Positions 7,868 to 18,261 are shown, counted from the stretch's first letter. The stretch: DNA of 64,000 bases from an uncultured Acidobacteriota bacterium (GCA_963700145.1 OY969474.1:3104001-3168000), one strand, 5' to 3'. Translations and numbers: made by a program. The notes: generated from the sequence alone by a model not told the origin.

Positions 7868-9922
7868 ATGCGCCGGACCGCCGCTCTCGCCGCCGTGCTG
7901 ACCTTCGCCTCTCTCGTCCCCCTCCACGCCCAACCGGCGCTGCCGGCCACGGCGGTCGAGCAGGCCGTCGCCCGCTTGACCGCGAAGCATGGCGAGGCGC
8001 AGGCGGCACGCATCCGCCGCGGCGTCGAGCAGGTGGCGCAGCGTTGGTGGGCCGAGGACGGCACGCCCGAGGAGTTCCTGGCCTTCGTCGAGGCCAGCTT
8101 CCTGGCCGACCCGGCGGAGCTCGACGTCACCGCCGCCCGCCTCGAGCGGGTGATGGAGCAGACGCTCGGGCACCTGCACGAGGTGCGGCGGGAGATCATG
8201 ACCCCGCTCGACCTCGACACCGGTCCGGTGCGGCGGGTGGACGAGCTGCTGTCGAACGTCGACTTGAGCGCGCACGTCGACGAGGACCTCTACCGCACGA
8301 AGGTCGCCTTCCTCGCCCTGCTCAACTTCCCGGTCCACACCCTCGAGGAGCGGCTGGCGCAGGGGCCCTCGTGGGACCGCGCGGCCTGGGCGCGGTCGCG
8401 CATGATGGACCGCTTCTCCGAGCGCCTGCCCGCGGCCGTCCTCCAGGAGTGGACGGCGGCCACGACGCGCGCCGACCAGTACATCGCCGACTACAACATC
8501 CGCCTCGACCGCCTGGTCACTCCCGAGGGGGAGCGCCTCTTCCAGGAAGGTCTGCGGCTGATCAGCCACTGGGGGCTGCGCGACGAGCTGCAGTCGCTCT
8601 ACGCCGACCCCTCTCCCGCCGCGCTCGCCAAGCAGCGGATGATCCTCGAGGTCATGAAGCGGATCGTGCGCCAGGAGATCCCGCGGACGGTGATCGACAA
8701 CGCCGACCGCCTCTGGGAGCCCTTCGCCAACACCGTCCGGCCGCTCGACCCGGCCGAGGCGGTCGACCCGGAGCGGCTGGCGCGCGAGCGTGAGCCGGAC
8801 ACCCGCTACGAGCGCCTGCTCGAGGTCTTCCGCGCCGCCACCAAGCAGGACCCCTACAGCCCGGCGACGCCGACCTTCGTCGAGCGCAGCTTCGAGCGCG
8901 GGCGCGAGATCCCGGAGAAAGAGGTCGAGGCCCTCCTCGTCTCCATCCTCGAGTCGCCGGAGGTACGCGACCTGGCGGCGCTGATCAAGCGGCGCCTCGG
9001 GCGCCCGCTCGAGCCCTTCGACATCTGGTACACCGGTTTCCGGCCGCGCGGCCGCTACAGCGAGGCCGAGCTGGACGCGGTGGTGCGCGAGCGCTACCCG
9101 ACGGTCGAGGCCTTCCAGGCCAAGCTCCCCGAGGTGCTGCGCGCCCTGGGGTTCACGCCGGAGAAGGCGGCATGGCTGGCCGAGCGCATCGTCGTCGACC
9201 CGGCGCGCGGCGCCGGCCACGCGATGGGCGCCGCGCGGCGCGAGGACAAGGCCCACCTGCGCACCCGCGTGGCCCAGGGGGGGATGGACTACAAGGGCTA
9301 CAACATCGCCATCCACGAGCTGGGGCACAACGTCGAACAGGTCTTCTCGCTCAACGCCATCGACCACTGGTGGCTCACGGGCGTCCCCAACAACGCCTTC
9401 ACCGAGGCGATGGCGTTCGTCTTCCAGCACCGCGACCTGGAGCTGCTGGGGCTCGGCTCCCAGGACGACGCGGCGCGGCGGGCGCAAGCCCTCGCTCTCC
9501 TCTGGAACGCCTACGAGATCGGCGGCGTGGCGATCGTCGACATGCGGGTCTGGAACTGGATGTACGCGCACCAGGAGGCGACGCCGGCCGAGCTGCGCGA
9601 GGCCGTGCTCGGGATCGCGCGCGAGGTCTGGAACCGCTGGTACGCGCCGCACTTCGGGGTGCGCGACTCCGAGGTCCTGGCGATCTACTCGCACATGATC
9701 ATCTACGGCCTCTACCTGCCCGACTACCCGCTCGGGCATCTCATCGCCTTCCAGGTCGCCGAGAAGCTGCACGGTGCGGACTTCGGCGCCGAGTTCGAGC
9801 GCGTGACCCGGCAGGGCCGGCTCACCCCCGACGCCTGGATGCGCGGCGCCGTCGGCGGACCCCTCTCCGCGCGCGCCCTCCTCACCGCGGCGCGCGAGGC
9901 CCTGGCGGCACCGCCGCAGTAG
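7868..9922 (+). CDS. secreted gluzincin metallopeptidase (M3/M2-like)
   Basis: Signal peptide; HELGH plus downstream FTEAMA Glu ligand. Confidence 0.75.
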   Translation: MRRTAALAAVLTFASLVPLHAQPALPATAVEQAVARLTAKHGEAQAARIRRGVEQVAQRWWAEDGTPEEFLAFVEASFLADPAELDVTAARLERVMEQTLGHLHEVRREIMTPLDLDTGPVRRVDELLSNVDLSAHVDEDLYRTKVAFLALLNFPVHTLEERLAQGPSWDRAAWARSRMMDRFSERLPAAVLQEWTAATTRADQYIADYNIRLDRLVTPEGERLFQEGLRLISHWGLRDELQSLYADPSPAALAKQRMILEVMKRIVRQEIPRTVIDNADRLWEPFANTVRPLDPAEAVDPERLAREREPDTRYERLLEVFRAATKQDPYSPATPTFVERSFERGREIPEKEVEALLVSILESPEVRDLAALIKRRLGRPLEPFDIWYTGFRPRGRYSEAELDAVVRERYPTVEAFQAKLPEVLRALGFTPEKAAWLAERIVVDPARGAGHAMGAARREDKAHLRTRVAQGGMDYKGYNIAIHELGHNVEQVFSLNAIDHWWLTGVPNNAFTEAMAFVFQHRDLELLGLGSQDDAARRAQALALLWNAYEIGGVAIVDMRVWNWMYAHQEATPAELREAVLGIAREVWNRWYAPHFGVRDSEVLAIYSHMIIYGLYLPDYPLGHLIAFQVAEKLHGADFGAEFERVTRQGRLTPDAWMRGAVGGPLSARALLTAAREALAAPPQ

Positions 9923-9974
9923 GCAACGAACACCTCCTCCCAACGCTTTTCCCTTCCGGCGCGTTTAGAGCGGT

Positions 9975-10514
9975 GTGACCCAGCCGCTCTGCGCGACCTT
10001 GGACCGACCGCTCGAAGACACCGCCCGCGACCGGCTGGCGGCCCTCTTCGACCTGCACCACGAGCGCCTCTTCCGGCTGGCGCGGCGCCTCGCCGGCGAG
10101 CGCGAGGAGGCGCTCGACCTGGTGCAGGAGACCTTCGTACGCGCCGCGCGGCGGCCGGGCACGGTGCCGGCGCCGGAGAGCGGCGGCGAGGCCTGGCTGG
10201 TGCGGACGCTCGTAAACCTCTGCCGCGACCGCCACCGCCGCCTCGCCGTCCGCCGGCGCCGGCGCCACGAGGTGGAGCCGCCGGAGGGAACGCCCGACCC
10301 CGCGGGCGCCGCGGTGGCGCGCGCCACGGTGCGCCGCGCCCTGGCCGCCCTCCCCGCCCGCCGCCGGGCGGTGGTGGTGCTGCACGAGCTCGAGGAGGTG
10401 CCGGTGGCGGAGGTGGCGCGGCTCCTGGGCATCGCACAGGTAACGGTGCGCTGGCACCTGGCGGCGGCGCGCAAGCAGCTCGCGGTCCTGCTGGGTGAAG
10501 GAGAAAAGTCATGA
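9975..10514 (+). CDS. ECF sigma-70 factor
   Basis: DLVQETF region 2; LPARRRAVVVLHELEE...EVARLLGIAQVTVRWHL region 4. Confidence 0.9.
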   Translation: MTQPLCATLDRPLEDTARDRLAALFDLHHERLFRLARRLAGEREEALDLVQETFVRAARRPGTVPAPESGGEAWLVRTLVNLCRDRHRRLAVRRRRRHEVEPPEGTPDPAGAAVARATVRRALAALPARRRAVVVLHELEEVPVAEVARLLGIAQVTVRWHLAAARKQLAVLLGEGEKS

Positions 10515-11047
10515 AGAACGAATTCCACGACGATCACGACGCGCACCTGCGCACGGCGCTCCGCGACGGCGACCCGGCGGCAGGCGACGGCTTGGCGCCC
10601 GCGGAGGTCCGGGCGCTGCGGCGGGCGATGCTGAACGCCGCCGAGGATGCCCCGCGGCGCGCCTGGCTTCCCGCCGCGGCGCTCACCGCGGCCGCCGCCG
10701 GCATCGCCGCCGCGATCGTCCTCTCGCCGGCACCGCCGCGCGTCGCGACGCCATCCCCCGCCCCGCCCGCGATCGTCGCGTCGGCGCCGCCGCCGCGAGT
10801 CTCGGTCGAGCCCGCCGCACCGGAGCCTCCCGCGGCCGCCCGCCCGGAGCGGCGCGCCCGCGTCGAAGCGCGGGTGCCGGCACCGCGGCCCGAGCCGCCC
10901 CTGCCGCCATCGGCGGAGCCGCCGATCCTTCCCACCCAGCCCGTCCTGGCCGGCGCGGCCCCCGAGCCGCGCCCGTTGCACATCGAGTTCGCCACCCCCG
11001 GCGGCACCCGGGTCATCTGGATGCTCGCCGAAGAATCCGAGTCCTAG
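10511..11047 (+). CDS. putative membrane anti-sigma factor, Pro-rich
   Basis: ATGA-coupled to the ECF gene; one TM segment; C-terminal FATPGGTRVIW motif. Confidence 0.65.
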   Translation: MKNEFHDDHDAHLRTALRDGDPAAGDGLAPAEVRALRRAMLNAAEDAPRRAWLPAAALTAAAAGIAAAIVLSPAPPRVATPSPAPPAIVASAPPPRVSVEPAAPEPPAAARPERRARVEARVPAPRPEPPLPPSAEPPILPTQPVLAGAAPEPRPLHIEFATPGGTRVIWMLAEESES

Positions 11048-11059
11048 AGGAGAACGACC

Positions 11060-11806
11060 GTGCCCCATCTCCGCACCCCTCTCGCCGCCCTCCTGCTCCT
11101 CGCCGGCCTGGCCGCGCCCGCCACGGCCGCGCAGGGCGGGGACGGCTCGCCGCCCTATCAGAACCGCTACCTCATCTCCTACCTCGACCTCCACGCCGCG
11201 GAGCTCCTGGCGTGGGAGCTGTGCCCCCAGAAGGAGCGCTGCAAAGTCGTCAGCACCATGACCGGCGAGGGAGTGAAGGTCCTCGAGGTGCTGGCCGACT
11301 CCGCCACCCACGAGCGGATCGTCCAGGCGCTGGCGCGGGAGGACGCCGCGCCGCGCACTCAGGTCTTCCAGCTCCACCTGCTCGAGGGCTCGACGGCCGG
11401 GGCGGTCGCCGCCCCCTCCGACCTGCCGCTGGGAGCGAGCAAGGCGCTCGAAGACCTGCGCGGCTTCCTCCCCTACAAAAGCTACCGCCTGCTCGATACC
11501 GCGTGGCTCCCCACCACCGGCGGCGTGCAGGCACGCCTGGTCGGCGACGGCGGCGCCTCCTACGCCGTCGACCTGCGCTTCAAGCGCGTCGGCGACCGCA
11601 AGGAGAAGCGGCTCTTCGTCGAGTTCTTCCGCATGCGCGAGGAGGGGACATTGCCGGCCCTCGCCCGCCCGCCCCGCCAGCTCATCGAGACCTCGTTTGG
11701 CCTGGAGATCGGCGAGACCATCGTCGTCGGCACCTCGCGCGTCGACGGCGCGAGCGACAAGGCGCTCGTCGTCCTGCTCACCGCCGTGGCCGAAGCGGCG
11801 CCCTGA
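11060..11806 (+). CDS. secreted hypothetical protein (secretin-N-like / beta-rich C-terminus)
   Basis: Signal peptide; GETIVVG...ALVVLLTA C-terminal strands. Confidence 0.65.
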   Translation: MPHLRTPLAALLLLAGLAAPATAAQGGDGSPPYQNRYLISYLDLHAAELLAWELCPQKERCKVVSTMTGEGVKVLEVLADSATHERIVQALAREDAAPRTQVFQLHLLEGSTAGAVAAPSDLPLGASKALEDLRGFLPYKSYRLLDTAWLPTTGGVQARLVGDGGASYAVDLRFKRVGDRKEKRLFVEFFRMREEGTLPALARPPRQLIETSFGLEIGETIVVGTSRVDGASDKALVVLLTAVAEAAP

Positions 11807-11899
11807 GGCGCGAAGGCTTTTCGCGCCGGGCTCCGGTCACCGGATATGCTCCGCGGGCGCGCGCACGCCCCACATCCCCCCGCGCGCCCGAGGAGCCCC

Positions 11900-14800
11900 A
11901 TGCGACGACTGCATCCCTTCCTGCTCACTCTCCTTCTGCTCGCGCCGGTGGCGGCGCTCACCCAGGACCCGCCTCCGCCGCCGCCCGAGGAGGGCGAGAA
12001 GCCGCCGATCGAGGAGGGCGAGCGGCCGCCGCAGCCGGGCGAGCGCCCGCCGGTCGAAGGGGAGCAGCCGTTCGAGCCGGTCGAGAAGCAGCCGATCGCG
12101 GGCGAGAAGAAACCGGGCGAGGAGGCCGAGAAGGAGGAGGAGAAGTGGGACGTCAACAACCCGCCGGGCCCGAGGGAAGAGGTGACGATCGACGTCACCA
12201 CGGGGACCTGGATGAGCCTCGACATCTCCCCCGACGGCAAGGAGATCGTCTTCGACCTCCTCGGCGACCTCTACGCGGTGCCGATCGGCGGCGGCGAGGC
12301 GCGCGCCCTGACCAACGACATCGCCTGGCAGGAGCAGCCGCGCTACAGCCCCGACGGCAAGAAGCTCGCCTTCACCAGCGACCAGGGGGGCGGCGACAAC
12401 GTCTGGATCTCCGACCGCGACGGCAAGAACCCGCAGCAGGTCAGCAAGGAGACCTTCCGCCTCCTCAACAGCCCCGACTGGTCGCCCGACGGCGAGTACA
12501 TCGTGGCGCGCAAGCACTTCACCTCGCAGCGCTCGGCCGGCGCCGGCGAGATGTGGCTCTACCACCGCAGCGGCGGCGAGGGCCTGCAGCTCACCAAGCG
12601 GCGCACGCAGCAGAAGGACAGCGGCGAGCCCGCCTTCTCCCCCGACGGCCGCTACCTCTACTACAGCGACGACGCGACCCCCGGCGAGGTCTTCGAGTAC
12701 AACAAGGACCCCAACACCCAGATCTACGTCATCCAGCGCCTCGACCGGAAGACCGGCAAGACCGAGCCCTTCGTCACCGGCGCGGGAGGTGCCGTCCGCC
12801 CGACGCCCTCGCCGGACGGCAAGCTCCTCGCCTTCATCCGTCGCATCCGCGGGAAGAGCGTGCTGCACCTGCACGACATCGCCTCGGGCGAGGAGTGGCC
12901 GGTCTACGACAAGCTCGAGCGCGACATGCAGGAGACCTGGGCGATCCACGGCGTCTACCCGGGCATCTCCTGGACACCGGACTCGAAGTCGATCGTCTTC
13001 TGGGCCGAGGGGGAGATCTACCGCCTGGACGTGGCGAGCAAGGTTTGCACCGAGATCCCCTTCCACGTCCGCGCGACCAAGCAGGTGACGCCGGCGGTGC
13101 GCTTCCCGCAGGAGGTGGCGCCGCCCGAGTTCGAGACCAAGATGCTGCGCTGGGTGGAGGTCTCACCCAAGGGCGACCGCGCGGTCTTCCAGACCCTGGG
13201 GCGCCTGTGGGTGCGCGACCTGCCGGACGGCAAGCCGCGCCGCCTCACCCGCCAGGACGACCACTTCGAGTACTTCCCCGCCTTCTCGCGCGACGGCCGC
13301 TCGATCGTCTACACGACCTGGGACGACGACGAGCTGGGACGGGTGCGCGTCGTGCCGACGGTGGGCGGCGACGGGCGGACGATCGTCGACGAGCCCGGGC
13401 ACTATGCCGACCCCGCCTTCACGCCGGACGGCAAGCAGGTCGTCTACGCCAAGATCGCCGGCGGCTACCTGCGCACCCCGGCCTGGTCGCGCGAGACCGG
13501 CATCTACAAGGTGGCGGCCGGCGGCGGCAAGCCGGAGCGGATCACCGAGGACGGCGTGCGCCCGCACTTCGGCGCCGAGAGCGACCGCGTCTACCTCCTC
13601 CGCTTCGGCGAGGAGAACAAGCGGCTCCTCGCCTCGGTGGGGCTCGACGGCAAGGACGACCGCACCCACCTCACGAGCGAGCACGCGAGCGAGTACCGGG
13701 TGTCGCCGGACGGCCGCTGGGTGGCCTGGAGCGAGCGCTTCCAGGTCTACGTCGCGCCCTTCGTCCCCACCGGCCAGACGGTCGAGATCGGCCCCAAGAC
13801 CGCCGCCCTCCCGGTCAAGCAGGTGAGCCGCGACGCCGGCTCCTACCTCCACTGGTCGGGCGACTCGAAGAAGCTCCACTGGTCGCTCGGGCCGCAGCTC
13901 TTCACCCGCGCGCTGACCGACGCCTTCACTTTCCTCGAGGGCTCGCCCGAGAAGCTCCCCGAGCCGGCCGCCGAGGGCGTGGACCTCGGCTTCGATGTCC
14001 CCTACGACGTGCCGACCGGCACGGTCGCCTTCACCGGCGCGCGCATCGTCACCATGCGCGGCGACGAGGTGATCGAGGACGGCACGATCGTCGTCGAGCG
14101 CAACCGCATCAAGGCGGTGGGGCCGCGCGGCCAGGTGGCGGTGCCGGCCGGCGCCCACGTCGTGGACGCCGCCGGCAAGACGATCATCCCCGGCCTCGTC
14201 GACGTCCACTGGCACGGCACCTTCGCCACCGACGACATCGTCCCCGAGGAGAACTGGGGCAACCACGCCTCGCTCACCTTCGGCGTCACCACCGTCCACG
14301 ACCCGTCGAACGACACCGGCTCGACCTTCGCCGCCTCCGAGATGGCGAAGGCCGGCCTCATCACCGCGCCGCGCATCTACTCGACCGGCACCATCCTCTA
14401 CGGCGCCACCACCGCCTTCACCGCGGTCATCGAGAAGCTCGAGGACGCGCGCGGCCACCTGCGGCGGATGAAGGCGGCCGGCGCCTTCAGCGTCAAAAGC
14501 TACAACCAGCCGCGGCGCGACCAGCGGCAGCAGGTGATCACCGCGGCACGCGAGCTGGAGATGCTGGTGGTGCCGGAGGGCGGGTCGCTCTTCCAGCACA
14601 ACATGAACATGATCGTCGACGGCCACACCGGCATCGAGCACTCGATCCCGGTGCCGGCGGTCTACGACGACGTCAAACAGCTCTGGCCGCGGACCCAGGT
14701 CGGCTACACGCCGACCCTGGTCGTCGGCTACGGCGGGCTGTGGGGCGAGGAGTACTGGTACGCGACGACCAACGTCTGGGAAGACCCGCGGCTCCAGAAG

Positions 14801-15286
14801 TTCGTGCCGCGCGAGATCCTCGACGAGCGCTCGCGCCGGCGGCGGACCGCGCCGCCCGAGGAGTGGGGGCACTTCAACAACTCGCGGGTGGCGGCAGAGC
14901 TCGGCAAGCTCGGCGTCAAGGTCAACATCGGCGCCCACGGCCAGCGCGAAGGCCTGGCGGCGCACTGGGAGATCTGGATGCTCGGCCAGGGGGGCATGAC
15001 GCCGCTGGAGGCCCTCCGCGCCGCCACGATCACCGGCGCCTGGTACATCGGCATGGACAAGGACATCGGCTCCCTCGAGCCAGGCAAGCTCGCCGACCTG
15101 GCGGTCCTCGACCAGAACCCCCTGGAAGACATCCGCAACTCGCGCAGCGTCTCGCAGGTCATGGTCAACGGCCGCCTCTACGACGCCGAGACCATGAACC
15201 AGATCGGCAACCACCCGAAGAAGCGCGGGCAGTTCTTCTGGGAAAAACAGGCGCCGGCGTTCGGGGGGAAAGACGGGAAGAAATAG
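11900..15286 (+). CDS. secreted TolB-like PD40 beta-propeller + amidohydrolase fusion
   Basis: Many SPDG repeats; PGLVDVHWH metal motif; GSLEPGKLADL. Confidence 0.92.
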   Translation: MRRLHPFLLTLLLLAPVAALTQDPPPPPPEEGEKPPIEEGERPPQPGERPPVEGEQPFEPVEKQPIAGEKKPGEEAEKEEEKWDVNNPPGPREEVTIDVTTGTWMSLDISPDGKEIVFDLLGDLYAVPIGGGEARALTNDIAWQEQPRYSPDGKKLAFTSDQGGGDNVWISDRDGKNPQQVSKETFRLLNSPDWSPDGEYIVARKHFTSQRSAGAGEMWLYHRSGGEGLQLTKRRTQQKDSGEPAFSPDGRYLYYSDDATPGEVFEYNKDPNTQIYVIQRLDRKTGKTEPFVTGAGGAVRPTPSPDGKLLAFIRRIRGKSVLHLHDIASGEEWPVYDKLERDMQETWAIHGVYPGISWTPDSKSIVFWAEGEIYRLDVASKVCTEIPFHVRATKQVTPAVRFPQEVAPPEFETKMLRWVEVSPKGDRAVFQTLGRLWVRDLPDGKPRRLTRQDDHFEYFPAFSRDGRSIVYTTWDDDELGRVRVVPTVGGDGRTIVDEPGHYADPAFTPDGKQVVYAKIAGGYLRTPAWSRETGIYKVAAGGGKPERITEDGVRPHFGAESDRVYLLRFGEENKRLLASVGLDGKDDRTHLTSEHASEYRVSPDGRWVAWSERFQVYVAPFVPTGQTVEIGPKTAALPVKQVSRDAGSYLHWSGDSKKLHWSLGPQLFTRALTDAFTFLEGSPEKLPEPAAEGVDLGFDVPYDVPTGTVAFTGARIVTMRGDEVIEDGTIVVERNRIKAVGPRGQVAVPAGAHVVDAAGKTIIPGLVDVHWHGTFATDDIVPEENWGNHASLTFGVTTVHDPSNDTGSTFAASEMAKAGLITAPRIYSTGTILYGATTAFTAVIEKLEDARGHLRRMKAAGAFSVKSYNQPRRDQRQQVITAARELEMLVVPEGGSLFQHNMNMIVDGHTGIEHSIPVPAVYDDVKQLWPRTQVGYTPTLVVGYGGLWGEEYWYATTNVWEDPRLQKFVPREILDERSRRRRTAPPEEWGHFNNSRVAAELGKLGVKVNIGAHGQREGLAAHWEIWMLGQGGMTPLEALRAATITGAWYIGMDKDIGSLEPGKLADLAVLDQNPLEDIRNSRSVSQVMVNGRLYDAETMNQIGNHPKKRGQFFWEKQAPAFGGKDGKK

Positions 15287-15291
15287 GCTCG

Positions 15292-15582
15292 CTATTGTGC
15301 GGTGGCGGCGTGTAGCCGCAGGCCTAGCGCCCGTACAACTTTGAGAACCGTCGCGAACTCCGGGTTGCCTTCCGCCGACAGCGCTTTGTAGAGGCTTTCG
15401 CGGCCGAGGCCCGTTTCGCGGGCGATCTGGGTGATCCCTTTGGCGCGGGCGATGTCTCCCAAGGCGGCCGCTACCAGCGCGGCGTCGCCCTCCTGGAGGG
15501 CGGCTTCGAGATAAGCGGCCATGTCCTCGTCGGTTTCCAGGTATTCGGCCGCGTCCCATGGGCGGGTTCGAGTCTTGGCCAT
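15292..15582 (-). CDS. addiction-module antidote protein (HTH, HI1420-like)
   Basis: WDAAEYL...ALGDIARAKG...GLGRESLYKALS...GNPEFATV. Confidence 0.92.
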   Translation of the reverse strand: MAKTRTRPWDAAEYLETDEDMAAYLEAALQEGDAALVAAALGDIARAKGITQIARETGLGRESLYKALSAEGNPEFATVLKVVRALGLRLHAATAQ

Positions 15583-15590
15583 GTCGTCTC

Positions 15591-15887
15591 CTACAATTCT
15601 CGCGCCAGTTTCAGCGCCGCTGCAATGTCCCGGTCCTGGGTACGCTTGTCTCCGCCGGCGAGCAAGATCGCCAGCGTCTGCCCGCGCTGCACGAAGTACA
15701 CCCGGTAGCCGGGGCCGCAGTCGATCCGTAGTTCCGAGACACCCTCCCCCACCGGCCTGACATCGCCAGGGTTGCCCAGCGACAGCCGGCGGATACGGGC
15801 GTTGATGCGTGCCCGCGCCAGTGGATCCCGCAAGCCGCCAAACCAGCCCGCATACACGTCGGTCTGGCGAACCTCGATCACCGCCAC
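15591..15887 (-). CDS. RelE/ParE-superfamily addiction-module toxin (HI1419-like)
   Basis: GNPGDVRPVGEGVSELRID-GPGYRVYF...LLAGGDKRTQ. Confidence 0.92.
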   Translation of the reverse strand: MAVIEVRQTDVYAGWFGGLRDPLARARINARIRRLSLGNPGDVRPVGEGVSELRIDCGPGYRVYFVQRGQTLAILLAGGDKRTQDRDIAAALKLAREL

Positions 15888-15889
15888 AT

Positions 15890-15907
15890 CGTATCCTACG
15901 GGATACG
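15890..15907. promoter_or_regulatory. palindromic operator of the TA operon
   Basis: CGTATCC-TACG-GGATACG perfect inverted repeat immediately 5' of the toxin start. Confidence 0.65.
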
Positions 15908-15943
15908 TGAAGTAGGAGGGGCGGAGGGGACGTCCGGTGGCGG

Positions 15944-16468
15944 CTACTCGATCAGCCGCTCGAGGAGAGACTGCGGCACCAGCTCGCGCAACTCGGGGTA
16001 CTCCTCGAGGAGACGGGCGATGTCGGCTAAGTCTTTCTGGCGCTTGCTGGCGCGCCGGGTGGGGTCGCCTGCGGCCCAGACCTTGCCGCGCAGGACGTCT
16101 TCCAGTTGGGCGACGGGCAGCCGATGGCCGAGGACGTCGCGCAGCTCGGCCCGTTCGGGGAACTCCTGGTAGCGGGGATCGACCTGCAGTTGAATCCGCA
16201 AGTCCGAGCCCGGCGCCGACAGGTTCACCGAGTGCTCGAAGCGCTCCACCCGGATCGGCGCCTCGAACAGACTTCCGACACGCTCGAGCTCGCCGGGGGC
16301 CAGCGCGAGGTCGAGGTCGAGGCTCACGACCGGTTCGGCATAGGCGTTGACCGCCTGACCGCCGATCACGCAGTAGCGGGCGCCGGCCTCCGCGAGGATC
16401 TCCAACGTCCGCTCGAGCAGGTCGGCGTGGTCCATGGTCACGGTTCTCCAGAAGGTTGCCGCCTGCAT
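15944..16468 (-). CDS. nucleotidyltransferase-fold protein (AbiEii-like)
   Basis: YCVIGGQAV...SLDLDL motif; C-terminal KRQKDLADI; GGAGAAGG RBS. Confidence 0.8.
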   Translation of the reverse strand: MQAATFWRTVTMDHADLLERTLEILAEAGARYCVIGGQAVNAYAEPVVSLDLDLALAPGELERVGSLFEAPIRVERFEHSVNLSAPGSDLRIQLQVDPRYQEFPERAELRDVLGHRLPVAQLEDVLRGKVWAAGDPTRRASKRQKDLADIARLLEEYPELRELVPQSLLERLIE

Positions 16469-16479
16469 CGCCTTCTCCG

Positions 16480-17394
16480 TTATGCCGCGCGGCGGACCTG
16501 CTCGGCGCCGCGCGGCCACTCGCCGGCTAGGAAGGCGCCGGCGGCGGTGAAGAACTCTTCGGGGCGCTCGAGGTAGGGGTGGTGGCCGCACTCCTCGATG
16601 GTCAGGAAGCGGGCGTCGCGGGCGTGGGCGGCCCACTCGCGGGAGGCCTGGACGGGGACCAGGTCCTCGGTGCCCTGGATCACCAGTAAGGGCGGAGCGA
16701 GCTGCGGCAGGCGCGGGCGGAAGTCCCAGTCCTTCATCCGCGGCAGGATGTGCTCGAAGTAGACCGGCATGGCGTGGGCCGGCCACTCGTTGGGGAAGGC
16801 GCAGACGTCGGCGACCGGGAAGCGGCCGACCGCGGCCGGGTCCATCATCTGCGCTGGCAGCAGGAAATCGGTGAACCAGGCGTGGCAGTAGGCGACCGGG
16901 TCGGTCTCGTCGAGCCCGGCGCGGCGCAGCTCTTCGATCGACGGCACCCCCGGCGGATAGACCAGCACCTCCGGCCCCGGCAGCTCCTGCAGCCACTCCC
17001 CCGGCCGCCGCGGCGTGATCGGGCAGACCAGCAGCAGCCGCTCGACCCGCTGCGGCTCCTCCAGCGCGTAGAGCGCGGCGATCGCGGCGTGGTAGGAGGA
17101 GCCGAGGAGCGAGAGGCGGCGGAGGCCGAAGAAGCGGCGCACGGCCTCGAGGTCGCGCACGTCCTCCTCGAGCGAGAGCTGGCGGCGATCGGAGACGACG
17201 CTCGAGCGGCCGCGGCTGCGCGGGTCGTAGAAGAGGAGGGTGCGCCCTTCGGCGAGCGGTTGGAGAAGCTCGGCGAGCCAGCTGGCGTTGGGGACGACGA
17301 CCACCTCCGGCGTGTCGTCGAGCGGCAGGCCGACGGCGCGGAAGTAGAGCTGGAGCCCCGGCCGCACGAACACGAAGCCTTCGCTGGTCTGCAT
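16480..17394 (-). CDS. alpha/beta hydrolase (proline iminopeptidase-like)
   Basis: YDPRSRGRS, nucleophile elbow GSSYH, GTED, CGHHPYLE. Confidence 0.85.
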   Translation of the reverse strand: MQTSEGFVFVRPGLQLYFRAVGLPLDDTPEVVVVPNASWLAELLQPLAEGRTLLFYDPRSRGRSSVVSDRRQLSLEEDVRDLEAVRRFFGLRRLSLLGSSYHAAIAALYALEEPQRVERLLLVCPITPRRPGEWLQELPGPEVLVYPPGVPSIEELRRAGLDETDPVAYCHAWFTDFLLPAQMMDPAAVGRFPVADVCAFPNEWPAHAMPVYFEHILPRMKDWDFRPRLPQLAPPLLVIQGTEDLVPVQASREWAAHARDARFLTIEECGHHPYLERPEEFFTAAGAFLAGEWPRGAEQVRRAA

Positions 17395-17493
17395 CGGTAA
17401 GCCCGAGAGGGACGCTCGCCGCGGTGCGGCGACCGCGAGTGTACAACGGCGAGCGAACGCCCGGCACAAAACGCCCGGCACGTGGGCCGGGCG

Positions 17494-18261
17494 CTACGGC
17501 GCCTCGCGCGGCACTTCGATGACGCGGAAGGGGAGGCGGTCGGGGTAGGTGCTCTGCAGGACCCCCATCGCCACGTTGTAGACCGGCGTCCCCGCCGCCG
17601 TCTTCCCCTCCGGCCGGCCGCGGTGGGCGTGGCCGTGGAAGACCGCCGCCACCGGGTAGCGCGAGAGCGGCTCCTCCAGCCGGCTGCACCCCAAGAAGGG
17701 GTAGATCTCGCACGGCTCCCCCTCGACCGTCTCCTCGATCGGCGAGTAGTGGAGCACCGCCACGCGCGGCACCCGCCGCAGCCGCGCCAGCGCCGACTCG
17801 AGCTTCAGCGCCTCGTCCACCGCCTCGCGCACGAAGTCCTTGACGATCTTCTCGCCCCAGGGGCCGAGCGCGCGCTTGCCGAAGCCGCCGGCGAAGCCCT
17901 TGACGCCGGCGAAGCCGATCCCCTCGACCACCTGCGCGTCGCCGTCGAGGATGACGATCCCGGCGTCAGCGAGGATGTTCTTGACCTCGTCCGGGCAGCC
18001 CGACTCGAAGTCGTGGTTGCCGAGCACGGCGACGACCGGCACCTTGACCGTGCCGGTGACGGCGCGGGCGAGGAGGTGCGCCTCCTCGGGGAGGCCGCGG
18101 TCGGTGAGGTCGCCGCAGACCAGCAGCACGTCGGCGTGCTGGCCGACCTGCGCCAGCAGCTCCTGGATGACGGGGGGCGGCGGCGGGTGCTTGGCGAAGT
18201 GGAGGTCGGCGGTCGCGGCGATCCGCACCACTCCGTTGCCCACCGCGGCGGTCGTGGCCAT
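17494..18261 (-). CDS. calcineurin-like metallophosphoesterase
   Basis: ADLH, GDLT, GNHD, GHAH motifs. Confidence 0.9.
   Translation of the reverse strand: MATTAAVGNGVVRIAATADLHFAKHPPPPPVIQELLAQVGQHADVLLVCGDLTDRGLPEEAHLLARAVTGTVKVPVVAVLGNHDFESGCPDEVKNILADAGIVILDGDAQVVEGIGFAGVKGFAGGFGKRALGPWGEKIVKDFVREAVDEALKLESALARLRRVPRVAVLHYSPIEETVEGEPCEIYPFLGCSRLEEPLSRYPVAAVFHGHAHRGRPEGKTAAGTPVYNVAMGVLQSTYPDRLPFRVIEVPREAP

Noticed and set aside
11960-12145. Pro/Glu repeats (GEKPP, GERPP) at the amidohydrolase N-terminus
   Set aside because: Ordinary low-complexity linker within a CDS.
10495-15315. 1606-aa ORF and other very long Arg/Pro/Gly-rich ORFs (e.g. 39372-44003, 35747-38413, 50386-53037)
   Set aside because: Off-frame or antisense shadows of well-supported genes, expected at high GC.
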